A DNA stretch of 64,000 nt, taken from contig CAVYES010000005.1 in assembly GCA_963767735.1 (NCBI GenBank), positions 416,001 through 480,000 of the forward strand, written 5' to 3'. Numbering within the stretch: the stretch's first letter is position 1; every line of letters starts with the position of its first letter. Below are positions 1-10,501 of the stretch, piece after piece. The stretch comes from Candidatus Bathyarchaeota archaeon. GTDB taxonomy: Archaea > Thermoproteota > Bathyarchaeia > Bathyarchaeales > Bathycorpusculaceae. A program made the translations under genes and the position numbers. The notes under the pieces were generated by a model, which saw only the letters and a program-made list of their open reading frames with translations, had not been told where the DNA came from and did not search any database.

Positions 1-1
1 C

Positions 2-391
2 TCAGTCTCGGATTTTTACTCTATGATTCTCACGACGATAGCTTTAACAGGATTCGGCTTTACTGTTCCCGAAATTTTTGTTCTATTAGTGAAGTTTGGC
101 ATGGTAAAAACAAGCTTAATCGCAAAACACAGAGTTTGGTTCTATTTCATTCTTTACATAATTACGGCGATTATTACGCCCGATGGTGGACCTTTGGCAG
201 ATATTGCTCTCTTTATTCCCATGGCAGTGCTTTGGGAAGTTGCTCTGTTTATCGCCAAAAGATACGAAAAGGAGCCTCCAACATCACCGTCCGCAAGCAG
301 TTTTGATACATCAAAAAAATGCTCATACTGCGGGCAGACAATAGACGATTCCGATGTCTTTTGTAAACAATGCGGAAAATCCCAACAGTAG
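2..391 (+). CDS. tatC: Twin-arginine translocase TatC, C-terminal part (5'-truncated), with C-terminal zinc ribbon
   Basis: FTVPEIF..G...AIITPDGGP..IALFIPM.VLWE TatC-like C-terminus; CxxC..CxxC tail. Confidence 0.85.
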   Translation, partial: SVSDFYSMILTTIALTGFGFTVPEIFVLLVKFGMVKTSLIAKHRVWFYFILYIITAIITPDGGPLADIALFIPMAVLWEVALFIAKRYEKEPPTSPSASSFDTSKKCSYCGQTIDDSDVFCKQCGKSQQ

Positions 392-859
392 CATTTACAA
401 TGTTATGTTGGAGTGACTTTGGCAAAGCTAAATGGAGCGGCTGCTCAAGAGCATTTGGTTCATGTTGACTGGCCGTGCGGCTTGTGCGGTGCCAATGAGA
501 AGCGTTACGGAAAAAAGGGTTAAGAAGATTGCTGCGTAACTTTTGGTTGTTGTCTTTGTCTTTCAGGATAAGTGTTGGTCGCTGGATTTAGAGTAGCCTT
601 CATTATGAGAATATCCATTGTTGGGAGACATTTTGATGTGGGATTTCGTTTTTTGCTTCTCCGTAAAGTTGCTAAAGGGGATAGCGTTTATTAGTCTCGA
701 AAAACATCTTTAGCATACCCGACGGTTAGGGTGGAAGTCTTTGTTGCATCAAATCAAGCATGTGCTTGTTTGGATGTTGCAATGGCTTTGATGCTTATAG
801 TTCACCTTAAACGAGGGTTGAATAAAGTGTCCGGGTCAAATTGATGGAGGATTGTTCAA

Positions 860-1258
860 GTGGCGGGAAATAAAAAGACAATACTTGTTGTTGATGATGA
901 CAAATCGATACTTCGAACATTCACGCGTATTCTTCAAAAAAGCGGCTATGAAATTGATGTTGCGGAAACTGGAAAAGAAGCCATGGAAAAAGCAGAAAAT
1001 CACCATTTCGATTTAGCATTGGTTGATATCAGGCTTCCAGATATGGATGGCACAGATTTACTTGCCAAACTCAAAAAGCAATTACAGCATACCGTGAAAA
1101 TAATGATCACTGGTTTTCCATCTTTAGAAACAGGCGTTAAAGCGCTTGATGAAGGTGCAGATGCTTACTTGGTTAAACCTGTGAAACCTCAGGAACTATT
1201 GATGCTTCTAGACGAGAAACTGAAAAACCGGGAACCTCCCCCCGAAGCAACCACCTGA
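860..1258 (+). CDS. Stand-alone response regulator (receiver domain)
   Basis: ILVVDDD, DIRLPDMDG (phospho-Asp), ITG, GADAYLVKP. Confidence 0.95.
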   Translation: MAGNKKTILVVDDDKSILRTFTRILQKSGYEIDVAETGKEAMEKAENHHFDLALVDIRLPDMDGTDLLAKLKKQLQHTVKIMITGFPSLETGVKALDEGADAYLVKPVKPQELLMLLDEKLKNREPPPEATT

Positions 1259-1414
1259 GAAATTTGGTCGATAGCAACCGAACAACCTCAGAAATAAAAA
1301 TATTGCATTACCCGTTATTTTAACGGGCTCGGTGTTTTCAAAGACTTTAGACTAAATGCTCTTGCTATAAAGGTATTTTTTCAAAATGTTGTCAGGCTAT
1401 CCTTAGCTTCACAT

Positions 1415-2353
1415 TCAGCCTTCTGACAGGCTTTCAAGGTCTTGCACTATGTAGAAAAATGCCATCCAAGACCACTTGTCCCACCTGCGGATGCCTTCGC
1501 TCTTAACCTCCTTAACAGCCTGCCTATTGTTATCTGGCTCCTTACCGAAGAACAGTTTGCCGAAAACCTCAGCTGACCACACATCAATCGGGAAACCACC
1601 GTGGGGATTTATTATGTCGGCTGAATAGTCACCTATGCCTGGCAGTTCCAGAAGCTTCTTTTTTGCATCCTCAGGACTGAGCTTTTCCAGTTCCTGCAGC
1701 GTGGGGAAGCCTTCTTCCACAAGTTTCAACGCGAGCTCGATTATTCGTTTGGCTCTGTAGCCGACTTTGCATTCCTTTGCAAGCGCTGTGGGGTTAAGGC
1801 TCGCCAGCTTTTGCGGTAAAGGCCAGACGTAAACTGTTTTTTGGTCAAACTCTGCGGCGTCGCCGTAACTTTTTATCGTGCAGTCCATCATCTCGTTGCT
1901 TCTTTTGAGCGGAGCCATCTGAAGAAGTATCGCCAAAATTGCGTCGGGAAACACGTTGTCTCCTGACGATGTACTGTGCATGCCGTATAAGTCATCGACT
2001 ACGTACCTAAGAATCGAGTCTTCTCTTGCGAGTACATAGAACTCACGTAGATCATCGTCCGCTCCGATGCAGTGGATTAGCAGCTTTTTTATTTCGTCTT
2101 GCTTTTCTTCGGTGGGTTTGCTTTCTAAGAATATCCTTGCGATTATACGTGGATTGTTTGTTGTGCCTTTCGAGCTGAGCTTAAACCCGATGAGCGTATC
2201 ATCAAGGTGCATAGCAGTCCAAAGCGTTTTTCCGTCGTAGATTTCGAGAGGAGTGAACAGTGGCCAGCCGGCAGGTTTCCGAACTGAAAGATTAAAATTG
2301 TATGGAGAAACGGGTTTTATCTCGTAAGTTAACGAATGATTAAGGTTGACCGT
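1415..2353 (-). CDS. HhH-GPD DNA glycosylase (AlkA/Ogg-like); start and 3' end look damaged or non-canonical
   Basis: LLELPGIGDYSAD HhH motif and FPIDVW; frame open upstream of ATG 2212 to an ACG at 2353 behind GGAG. Confidence 0.8.
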   Translation of the reverse strand, partial: TVNLNHSLTYEIKPVSPYNFNLSVRKPAGWPLFTPLEIYDGKTLWTAMHLDDTLIGFKLSSKGTTNNPRIIARIFLESKPTEEKQDEIKKLLIHCIGADDDLREFYVLAREDSILRYVVDDLYGMHSTSSGDNVFPDAILAILLQMAPLKRSNEMMDCTIKSYGDAAEFDQKTVYVWPLPQKLASLNPTALAKECKVGYRAKRIIELALKLVEEGFPTLQELEKLSPEDAKKKLLELPGIGDYSADIINPHGGFPIDVWSAEVFGKLFFGKEPDNNRQAVKEVKSEGIRRWDKWSWMAFFYIVQDLESLSEG

Positions 2354-2457
2354 ACAGATCTCCTTTTTTCTTGCGTTAAACTAACCATTGTTCCACTTTT
2401 AGCTTCCTGAGGTTTTAAGAATTGCTGTTGTGGCGGGAATAAAGCATGAAAAGAATT

Positions 2458-5340
2458 TTACTCGAGGTATATCGCTGGCTGGCTGGGCATTGCCATTATT
2501 GATCGGTGCTTGGGGTCATAGAGTGCTTGGTCACATTCACTGTACACCGATACTTCAGCGTTGAAGCGCATCTTCAGAAAATCAAGGGCACTGTCTATGA
2601 TTTCTTTCTCGTTTACAGCCTTAATTTTTAGCATGTTTGCTTTGCGTTCGCTTGGCAGCTTTGTTAACGCCTTCATTATTCTTGGAACCAAGCTTGCGGT
2701 GTCCTTCATGTGCGGCTTTAGGTCCTTGTCAGCGGCAAATTCTTTCATTAACTCGTTAATCTTGGCCTCGCCAGCCACGCTTTTGTCTAAAATTTTTAGG
2801 TAAACCTGCCATTTCCATGGTGAAGCTGTGTAGTAGCATATGCGTTTGGGTGTAATCTTCATGGCTTTTAGGATATTGGCAGTGTCCGCCATGACGTCAA
2901 CTATTAGGTTCTCATGCTCTTCAGCAGCTACATCAACTTTTGAGGCATCAAACAGTGGCCATTTTGCAACGCTGATGAAGTCTGCCTCGCCTGTTTGGCT
3001 CCAAAGCTCCTCGCAAATGAAAGGAGCGAAAGGTGCAAGCATTTTAAGCCAAATTTTCACTGCTTCGAGCAGCGCTTTAGCGTCAGTGTTGCCTTTTCGT
3101 TGGATATACCAGCGCAGGTCATTCCAAGTTTCAAACAAGGCAATCTGCAGGGCGGTTCGGGTTTTAAGCTCATCTAAGCTGGCTGTAACATCCTTAATTC
3201 TTTGTTGAAGTTTACTTTGTAACCATCGTTCAAGTGTGGTGTCTTCTTCTTTTTTGGCTGAAGAGATTACTGCGCTTGCTAAACTGCATAATGCTTCAAA
3301 CTTGCCTTGCAAGTCACCTACGTTTTCCCCTCGCCAATCCGGGTCATCCATGCCCTCTGCACCCAGCAGAAGTGCGCTGCGGGTGGCGTCGGCGCCATAC
3401 TTTTCAACTGCTCCCTTCATTGTTATGAAGTTGCCTTTGCTCTTGTGCATTTGTTTGCCTTCAACCATGAGCATACCGTTTACTCCTATGGCTTTGGGCC
3501 AGTGTTCAGGCGGAAACAGGGCTGCATGGTGGAATATGCAGAAGGTCAAATGGTTTGGTACAAGTTCTTTAGCTGAGTTTCTTAGGTCAAAGGGGTACCA
3601 GTACAAGAATTCATTCCGCATCGCTTCAAGCAAAGAAACGTTTATTCTGGCTGCCTTTTGGAGTTCGCTGGAGTTGCCTTTGCCATAGAAGATATAGTCG
3701 AAAACTTCGGGCGTCAAAGCTTCGGGCTCTATATTGTTCTGTTTAATGTGTTTGTTTATGGTGTAGAACGCCATGTAAATTGTCGAATCGCTTAATGTCT
3801 CGATTATCCAGCCTATTCCCCACGGCAACGGCGTTCCGAAACCTGTGGTTCTGGCGCAAGCCCACTCTCTTAGCCAGTCTATAACAGTATAGAACGATTG
3901 TTTGGCCGAGTCAGGATAAATCGTCATTTGCGCCACGGCTTCCTTAGCTTTCGCCTTCCATTGTTGGTCGGAGTAGTTGAGGAACCACTGGTCAGAAAGT
4001 ATCTTTACTATGCACTGGGTCATGCATCGGCAAATCACTTGCTCGGGCAAATCGTACATGCTATCGGCGACGCCGAGCTTACGGAAATCAGCTATAAGCG
4101 TGTCTTTTATGTCTCTGACGGATTTTCCGGCGTAAGGTCCACAATTCTGCTTTAGCACTCCGCTGTGAAATTCTTTTTTGTATAATTGTTTTGTAGCCTC
4201 ATCTGCTTTCGCATCGTTCTGGTCTTTAATGCTCATTTGCTGAACTATTTCAACGGCTGGGTACTCGCCGAAACCCTCGACATTAATTATTGAGATAGGC
4301 TTAATCCGCTTAACGACTTCAGGGTCAACACCAAAATCCTTGAGAACCTCGGGCTTTTCCTGCAAATCCTTGAGTGCCAGCCAATCATAGGGTGCATGGG
4401 CGGGTACGCTGTAGACGACTCCTGTGGCAGTCTTCGGGTCAACAAACCAGCCTGGCAAAATAGGAAACTTGCCCTTCGTTATTGGGTTTTCGAAAATTTT
4501 GCCAATAAGCTCTTTACCTTTAAATGAGCGTTTTACTTGGATTTTCTTTTCTTGTTCTTTGAGTTTCTCAGCTGCTTCTTGGCTGATTATCCAGTTTTCG
4601 CCGTTGACGGATGCTTCGACGTATGTTACGTCAGGATTTATCCACATGTTTGTTATGCCGTAGATTGTTTCGGGACGAAACGTTGCCGCTGGCAAAAACG
4701 TTTTCTCGTCAAGTTTGTATTTTATTAACGTGTATTCTTCTGGAGTTACGCCTTCGCCGACTTGGCGGTCATGGTCTCCTGTTGGGCTTTGGTCTTTTGG
4801 GCACCACACTACAGGATGCGTTCCCCTTGTGACGTAGCCTTTTTCTTTGAGGTTTTTGTATTGCCACTCAATAAATTTCTGGAAAGTCGGCATTACAGTG
4901 GTGAATTCACGGCGCCAATCAACGGAGAAACCTATGCTTTTAACCGCTAAACGTCCTTCATTAGTATAATACTGAGCCATATACAAGGGATCAACAAACT
5001 TTTTGAGCTCTGACTCTGGAACGCCGTCAACTTCACGAAGGACCCGAATGAAGGCTTCGTCGCCTCTTGCTACACGTTGGCTGGCTCCCAGAAGCGGTTG
5101 CCCCGTCCAATGCCAAGCCCAAGGCCAAAGCACATTGTAACCTTGCATCCTCTTGAATCTAGCATAAGCGTCAACACGTGAAGCCGTGAATGTGTGCCCC
5201 ACATGCAGTGGTCCGTTCATGTATGGGAATGGAAAAGTCACCATTATCTTCTTTCTTTTCGGGTCTGGGTCAGCCTCAAAAATATGCGCGTTTTCCCATT
5301 TGGCTTGCCATTTCTGCTCGATTTGCTTGGTTTGGCTCAT
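2458..5340 (-). CDS. leuS: Leucine--tRNA ligase (archaeal type)
   Basis: FPYMNGPLHVGH (HIGH), QMHKSKGN (KMSKS-like), ATFRPET, editing domain, 960 aa. Confidence 0.97.
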   Translation of the reverse strand: MSQTKQIEQKWQAKWENAHIFEADPDPKRKKIMVTFPFPYMNGPLHVGHTFTASRVDAYARFKRMQGYNVLWPWAWHWTGQPLLGASQRVARGDEAFIRVLREVDGVPESELKKFVDPLYMAQYYTNEGRLAVKSIGFSVDWRREFTTVMPTFQKFIEWQYKNLKEKGYVTRGTHPVVWCPKDQSPTGDHDRQVGEGVTPEEYTLIKYKLDEKTFLPAATFRPETIYGITNMWINPDVTYVEASVNGENWIISQEAAEKLKEQEKKIQVKRSFKGKELIGKIFENPITKGKFPILPGWFVDPKTATGVVYSVPAHAPYDWLALKDLQEKPEVLKDFGVDPEVVKRIKPISIINVEGFGEYPAVEIVQQMSIKDQNDAKADEATKQLYKKEFHSGVLKQNCGPYAGKSVRDIKDTLIADFRKLGVADSMYDLPEQVICRCMTQCIVKILSDQWFLNYSDQQWKAKAKEAVAQMTIYPDSAKQSFYTVIDWLREWACARTTGFGTPLPWGIGWIIETLSDSTIYMAFYTINKHIKQNNIEPEALTPEVFDYIFYGKGNSSELQKAARINVSLLEAMRNEFLYWYPFDLRNSAKELVPNHLTFCIFHHAALFPPEHWPKAIGVNGMLMVEGKQMHKSKGNFITMKGAVEKYGADATRSALLLGAEGMDDPDWRGENVGDLQGKFEALCSLASAVISSAKKEEDTTLERWLQSKLQQRIKDVTASLDELKTRTALQIALFETWNDLRWYIQRKGNTDAKALLEAVKIWLKMLAPFAPFICEELWSQTGEADFISVAKWPLFDASKVDVAAEEHENLIVDVMADTANILKAMKITPKRICYYTASPWKWQVYLKILDKSVAGEAKINELMKEFAADKDLKPHMKDTASLVPRIMKALTKLPSERKANMLKIKAVNEKEIIDSALDFLKMRFNAEVSVYSECDQALYDPKHRSIMAMPSQPAIYLE

Positions 5341-5504
5341 GAAACTTCTGATTAAGCTATTGGCTATTAAGAGTTTTGCTTATGTGCGCTCTGTCTCTAA
5401 TTTTGGTGTGGTGATGGTTTGCGCAGAATAGTGTGCGTGCAGTAATTTTGTGTTCAGGCTGTTTTGGGTTGCTTTTTTCGTTTAGGGCTCAATTAGTTTG
5501 CAGG

Positions 5505-5570
5505 TTGTGTGCATTTTTGTGCAGATTTGTGTCGAATTGTGCGGATTTGTGCGGAATTGTGCCGGATTAT
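5505..5570. repeat. 10-bp-period tandem array (~6 units, WWTTGTGCRG)
   Basis: ttttgtgcag atttgtgtcg aattgtgcgg atttgtgcgg aattgtgccg. Confidence 0.85.
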
Positions 5571-5662
5571 TGAAGAGTCGCTCTGCGTGGTTTAGCGGCA
5601 AATTTTGAACAAGCCGTTCTAAGTTGCTTTTCTGTTTCAGAGCCTGAAACGTTTGCAGGTTG

Positions 5663-5750
5663 AGTCAACAAAAGTCAACAAAAGTCAACAAAAGTCAAAG
5701 AAAGTTAATAGATGTCAAAAAAAGTCAAGGAAAGTCAATAAAAGTTGAAG
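5663..5750. repeat. 10-bp-period tandem array (~9 units, AGTCAACAAA)
   Basis: agtcaacaaa x3 followed by degenerate copies. Confidence 0.9.
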
Positions 5751-6090
5751 CTTCAGAAAGGTTAAGCCAACGTTTTACAAGTTGGAAAGATCGAAAGTTC
5801 ATGATCAACTGGGTACTTAGCCTTAACGCACCATCAAAAAATATTTAGAGACAGAACTCTTTATGTGTTGAACGCTTCCTAATTTCCGCATGAGAATGCT
5901 CATTTCAAGTGGGTTTGTACAATTTTGTTTTAGTTTTTGAGCTGCAAAGATGAGGGAAGAGGAGGGTACTTTTTACACATGGGTTTCTTAGCTAAAAAGA
6001 ACGCATTTCTCCGAAGCAGAAACATGACAAACTTGAAAAAGTCGAAAAAGTCTTATGTACTTGGTTTCCACAATAGGGAAGTGATGAAGC

Positions 6091-6471
6091 ATGCAAGATA
6101 CTACAGAATCAAGAATTAAGCAGGATCTTTTTGTTGAAATCCAAAATTTAGAGCAAAATTACGTGGTGATTGAGAGTTTTCTTTCAGGAAAAGACTATGA
6201 TGCAATGGCGATTGGCATGGCAATTCAAGCTTTCAAAGACAGCTTAAGTCGAGCAAGCGCATTTGTTCTTGCCCTATACAACCTGAAAGGTAAACGAGTT
6301 AGCATTCCATGGGAACCCCTCTTCACAAGTCTGGATTATGCTTTAGCAACGATTGCGGTTTCTTCCTCTCCAAAGCAGAAAGCGGCGGTTAAAACCATAT
6401 TGTCTATGTCTGAAGAGCAAATTGGGCAGGTTCTCTCTTACTTTTCAGCTCTGAAAGAGTCGCTGAAATAA
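6091..6471 (+). CDS. Hypothetical helical protein
   Basis: 126-aa ORF, natural composition, ATG after GTGATGAAG. Confidence 0.7.
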   Translation: MQDTTESRIKQDLFVEIQNLEQNYVVIESFLSGKDYDAMAIGMAIQAFKDSLSRASAFVLALYNLKGKRVSIPWEPLFTSLDYALATIAVSSSPKQKAAVKTILSMSEEQIGQVLSYFSALKESLK

Positions 6472-6701
6472 GTAGAAATTATGTAGAAGCAGAAATAATT
6501 GGTTGTTTCTTTCGAGTATACTACCAATCATACACTTCGCCAAAGCAGTGGAAAAAAACGATCACGCCAACGAAAAAGGTGGCATCCGCAATAATTATGT
6601 CTGTGTCACTAAATTGATCATAAATTTTGATCTTGGCTGGGAAATGGGGTTTATGATTTAAATAATGAATTATTGTTAGCTTGGATAGAGGCGTACGTGT
6701 T

Positions 6702-7133
6702 ATGCTTGAACGTTTGATGCTTTACTCTGATGGAGGCGCAAGAGGAAACCCGGGACCAGCCGCCATCGCGTATCTTGCAGTAAATGAAGCAGGGCAGATC
6801 CTTAAGACAGATTCACGCTTCATCGGTGAAGCAACCAACAACCAGGCAGAGTACAAAGCGTTGATAGCGGCGTTAGAGTTCGCCGTGGTGTTCAAAGCCC
6901 AAGAAGTCACCTGCCACCTTGACAGCGAACTAGTTGGAAAACAGCTCAATGGCGAATACAGCGTGAAAAATCCGGAGCTGCGCAAACTATGGCATAAAAC
7001 CGTGGAATTGACGGCTGGCTTTAAGAAAATCTGTTTTGTTAACGTTCCAAGAACTAATCTCTACATTCAAAGGGCTGATGCTCTTGTGAATAAAACTTTA
7101 GATGAAGAACCCAAACCAAAAAAGCCCTTGTAG
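6702..7133 (+). CDS. rnhA: Ribonuclease HI family protein
   Basis: YSDGGARGNPG, TNNQAEY, DSELV, ADALVN. Confidence 0.93.
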   Translation: MLERLMLYSDGGARGNPGPAAIAYLAVNEAGQILKTDSRFIGEATNNQAEYKALIAALEFAVVFKAQEVTCHLDSELVGKQLNGEYSVKNPELRKLWHKTVELTAGFKKICFVNVPRTNLYIQRADALVNKTLDEEPKPKKPL

Positions 7134-7189
7134 CTAAAGTATTATATCAAGCCCTGCATTCGTAAGCATAAGGGACAAGGGGTGAGAAA

Positions 7190-7588
7190 GTGTTCGTTCA
7201 TGCCAGTATTCGTACTAGTAACATGGAGAAATCAATCGATTTTTACACCAGACTTCTTGGTCTTAAGGTGATGAGTCGCAGAGAGATTAAGCAGACTGAC
7301 GCTGAAATTGCTTTTCTTCAAGATGCAGAAGGCAAAGGCTGCACGCTTGAATTAACCTTCTACCGTAACCAAACCAATTTCAATCAACCTGATTATGAAA
7401 AAAGATTGTTTGACCATTTAGGCTTTGAAGTTGCAGACATGGATAAGGCTATTGCCGCTTTTCGGATGGAGAACGTGACGATTACTGATGAGCCCTTTAA
7501 GCTTGGAGCAAATGGGCCAGTAATTGCCTTTGTTGAAGATCCAGATGGAACGCTCATTGAGTTAATCGAGAGGAAAACTACAGGTTAA
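7190..7588 (+). CDS. VOC/glyoxalase (lactoylglutathione lyase-like) protein
   Basis: H..IRTSNMEKSIDFY, HLGFEV, FVEDPDGTLIELIE. Confidence 0.92.
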   Translation: MFVHASIRTSNMEKSIDFYTRLLGLKVMSRREIKQTDAEIAFLQDAEGKGCTLELTFYRNQTNFNQPDYEKRLFDHLGFEVADMDKAIAAFRMENVTITDEPFKLGANGPVIAFVEDPDGTLIELIERKTTG

Positions 7589-7883
7589 TCATAACTTCGT
7601 TGTTTTCAACTTTTAACTCGTACATTGGTTGTGGCTTTTTCGTTGGTCCTTTAGTAAAATTGCCTGTTTTAAGTTCATAGGTGGAGCCGTGGCAGGGGCA
7701 GATAACTGTTTCTCCTACAAGTTTTCCTTTCGATAATTGGCAACCTCTATGCATGCACTTATCGCCGAGGGCGTAGTAATTTCCATTTACGTTGGCGAGC
7801 AATATTTTTTGGTCGTTAACTGTTAAGCCCATCAGGCTATTTGGTTTTACATCGTTTATTGACGCTAACTTGACAAATCCCAT
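7578..7883 (-). CDS. Rieske [2Fe-2S] ferredoxin
   Basis: CMH ... CPCHGS. Confidence 0.93.
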   Translation of the reverse strand: MGFVKLASINDVKPNSLMGLTVNDQKILLANVNGNYYALGDKCMHRGCQLSKGKLVGETVICPCHGSTYELKTGNFTKGPTKKPQPMYELKVENNEVMINL

Positions 7884-7915
7884 AACATATCACCTCACAA
7901 AAACATTTTTTAAAG

Positions 7916-8443
7916 TTACTCGTAGAATCTTGGCCTAACTTTCTTACTGTACTCTTCCATAGCTTTGGCTCTTTCTTCTTCCTCTTTGTCTTTGGCTTCG
8001 GCCTCCTTTTCGGCGGGTTGAGCAACGGATTTATCAAAATCTCCATCGACATTTTTGTACGAGCCTTCAAGAGCAGTTACGTAAATTTTAAAATCGCCGA
8101 TCGCGCTTTCAGCCTGCCTATGCGAAGCATGCACCTGCTCAGAAACAAGAATTATCAAGTCTAACATACTCCGAAGAGTTTGCTTATCCGATTCTGGTGC
8201 ATGGTCGTAGTATCGTTGGAAGACACTTAAAAGATCCATAAACATTTCATCTATTTCTCTGGTCTCCCGTCTAAACACATTTTCAGAAGTAAGCGATTTA
8301 GTTTTCAGGTAAAGCATGAGATTCTTAAGAATAGCTGTATCACAACTGGACAAAACAAAAACCTCAGTTAAACTATGTTTAGTGACTGAATTATATTTTT
8401 TGGTATTGCGTTCAAAAGCATTAGCAGAGACTTTTTTTCTCAA
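7916..8443 (-). CDS. Hypothetical protein
   Basis: 175-aa ORF, helical, charged C-terminus; true start uncertain. Confidence 0.65.
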   Translation of the reverse strand: MRKKVSANAFERNTKKYNSVTKHSLTEVFVLSSCDTAILKNLMLYLKTKSLTSENVFRRETREIDEMFMDLLSVFQRYYDHAPESDKQTLRSMLDLIILVSEQVHASHRQAESAIGDFKIYVTALEGSYKNVDGDFDKSVAQPAEKEAEAKDKEEEERAKAMEEYSKKVRPRFYE

Positions 8444-8660
8444 TCATATAGTGCCAAGTGCTTATCGGTTACCCGCTTGTAGAGTGAGTAGGTGTTAAAT
8501 CCTTAATTAAAAACAACTTCACCAGCGGAATGGTCATGAAAGCACGATTTTGAGAGAAGAATAACTTTACTAAATTGTTGATAGTATGTAGCTGTTGTTT
8601 CTGGGGGGCAAATTCTGTTCTTTGTGTTTTGGGTTGCTTTTTTGGAACAGGCCTTAAATC

Positions 8661-8740
8661 AAGGTTAGGCTACGGTTAAAAACGGTTAATAGTGGTTAGT
8701 TCTGGTTTAAAACGGTTGTATTTGGTAGGAAAAGGTTTAT
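8661..8740. repeat. 10-bp-period tandem array (8 units with GGT(T) core)
   Basis: aaggttaggc tacggttaaa aacggttaat agtggttagt tctggtttaa aacggttgta tttggtagga aaaggtttat. Confidence 0.75.
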
Positions 8741-9019
8741 GCCACTAACACGTTCAGTAAACTTCAAAACAGCCATAAGGAAAGGAAATCGAACACAAAT
8801 CCCACACTCATCAGCATAAGACTTCCCGACGCTTACGTCCATGCAACTGCCAGAAAACTGAAAGCGAAGGTTTTGACCCCCGTTAGGCTTCAAGAATATT
8901 AATGATGCTGTTTTGATAAAATAGCTGTTCACATTCATAGGCATATAGAATTATTAGTTAACACCTAGTTATGCCAAAGCTTATAGGTAGCTTTCTAAAT
9001 AGCCAAGAATAGAAGCAAA

Positions 9020-10399
9020 TTGACAAACACAAAACAGAAATATTTCTGCCTCTCGATAACGTTGGGCTTACTTGCAGTGCTGCTTTTGCTTGTGGCAAGC
9101 AGTTTCTTTGTTTCCTCTGCAGCCGCATCCGCCCAAATTGAAGCATCTGGAAACGGACCCGTAATCATAGCAAACTTTAACGTTCCAGTAGATCCTGGCT
9201 CATCCACTTTTATGGCGCGCGTTGTCTCCACCGCTAAGGACCAGCATGCAGCCGCCATAGTCATCGAGATGAATACGCCTGGCGGATACCTCAGCGACAT
9301 GCTCGATATAATAACCTCCATCACGGATGCGAACGCTACAGGCATCCCGACTTACACATTTATCGTGCCTAACGGTCTTGGCGCTTCAGCTGGCAGTTAC
9401 ATAGCCATGGCAACAAACAGTATTCTGATGGGACCCGGCTCTGAGATAGGTCCAAGCACACCTATTGTAGTCGGCGGTACAGCGTTGGAGCAGAACCACA
9501 CTGAAGACGCAATGATAGAAACAATGGAGAGCCTTGCAACTGATTGGGGTCGCAACGTCACCGCAGTTTTCAACATGGTTTATGCTGATCAGGCATTTTC
9601 AACAAACCAAGCAGTGGCATTTCACGTAGTCGACGGCACAGCAAACTCACTCTCAGATGCGCTTAGCCTATGGGGTTTGTCTGGAAATCCTCAAGTGACT
9701 CTGAGTGAAAATCTCTACGAGCAGCTGCTCAGCGCTTTAAGCAACACCACTCTGGACGGCATCCTCTTCCTCATAGGAATCATTGCAGTTGTGATAGACT
9801 TTTTCCACCCCACAATACTGCTAACTATACTAGGCGTTATCGCTATAGTTGCTGGTTTAGTTGGGGCAGAAGTTGTGGGCGCCTCACTCTTAGGTATAAT
9901 TATACTAATCGTCGCAGCTGCATTGATAATTGCGGAGTTGAAACTCGGGCATGGATTTGCTCTTATAGCCGGCGTAGTCCTCGGTGCAGTCGGAATATAC
10001 TTATTATCTTTTAACTTGCCCTATTCGCCGTCGCCTTTTGGCGATATCGCGGTAATAGAGCTTAGTCTGCTTGTAGTTTTCGGGGTTCTCGCTGGCTTGT
10101 ACGTCAGGTGGGTAATTGGACCAATTAGGCGCCGCTCCAAACTTACAGGTCCAGAATACATTGTCGGCAAAATAGGAGTAACCACTACTGAGCTGAAGCC
10201 TAAAGGAGAAGTCAGGGTAGTTGGAGAAAACTGGCGCGCTGAATCTTTATCTGGAGACATCGCACAGGGCGAGCAAGTCAAAGTTAAAGCTTTAAAAGGC
10301 TTAGTAGTCATGGTTGAAAAAGTTCAAGAACAAAAAGTACAAGCACCAAACGATTCATCAACTCAAATCAGCTCTGATAAAGGCCCATCGTCTTCATAA
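9020..10399 (+). CDS. nfeD: NfeD-family membrane-bound ClpP-like serine protease
   Basis: Signal peptide, NTPGG, ASAGSYI, TM block, C-terminal OB domain (GEVRVVGENWRA). Confidence 0.9.
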   Translation: MTNTKQKYFCLSITLGLLAVLLLLVASSFFVSSAAASAQIEASGNGPVIIANFNVPVDPGSSTFMARVVSTAKDQHAAAIVIEMNTPGGYLSDMLDIITSITDANATGIPTYTFIVPNGLGASAGSYIAMATNSILMGPGSEIGPSTPIVVGGTALEQNHTEDAMIETMESLATDWGRNVTAVFNMVYADQAFSTNQAVAFHVVDGTANSLSDALSLWGLSGNPQVTLSENLYEQLLSALSNTTLDGILFLIGIIAVVIDFFHPTILLTILGVIAIVAGLVGAEVVGASLLGIIILIVAAALIIAELKLGHGFALIAGVVLGAVGIYLLSFNLPYSPSPFGDIAVIELSLLVVFGVLAGLYVRWVIGPIRRRSKLTGPEYIVGKIGVTTTELKPKGEVRVVGENWRAESLSGDIAQGEQVKVKALKGLVVMVEKVQEQKVQAPNDSSTQISSDKGPSSS

Positions 10400-10501
10400 T
10401 ATAAGCGGATCGCATTACCTTGTCCCTTTATCACACCTGTATTAGAAAATATCGCATAAGACCATTTTTCACCTAACAGTTGCGAAAGCCGTATAAGATA
10501 A

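Noticed and set aside
2561-5431. Numerous plus-strand ORFs opposite leuS, and similar shadows elsewhere
   Set aside because: Antisense shadows of well-supported genes.
5660-5848. 62-aa ORF
   Set aside because: It is a translation of the 10-bp tandem array.
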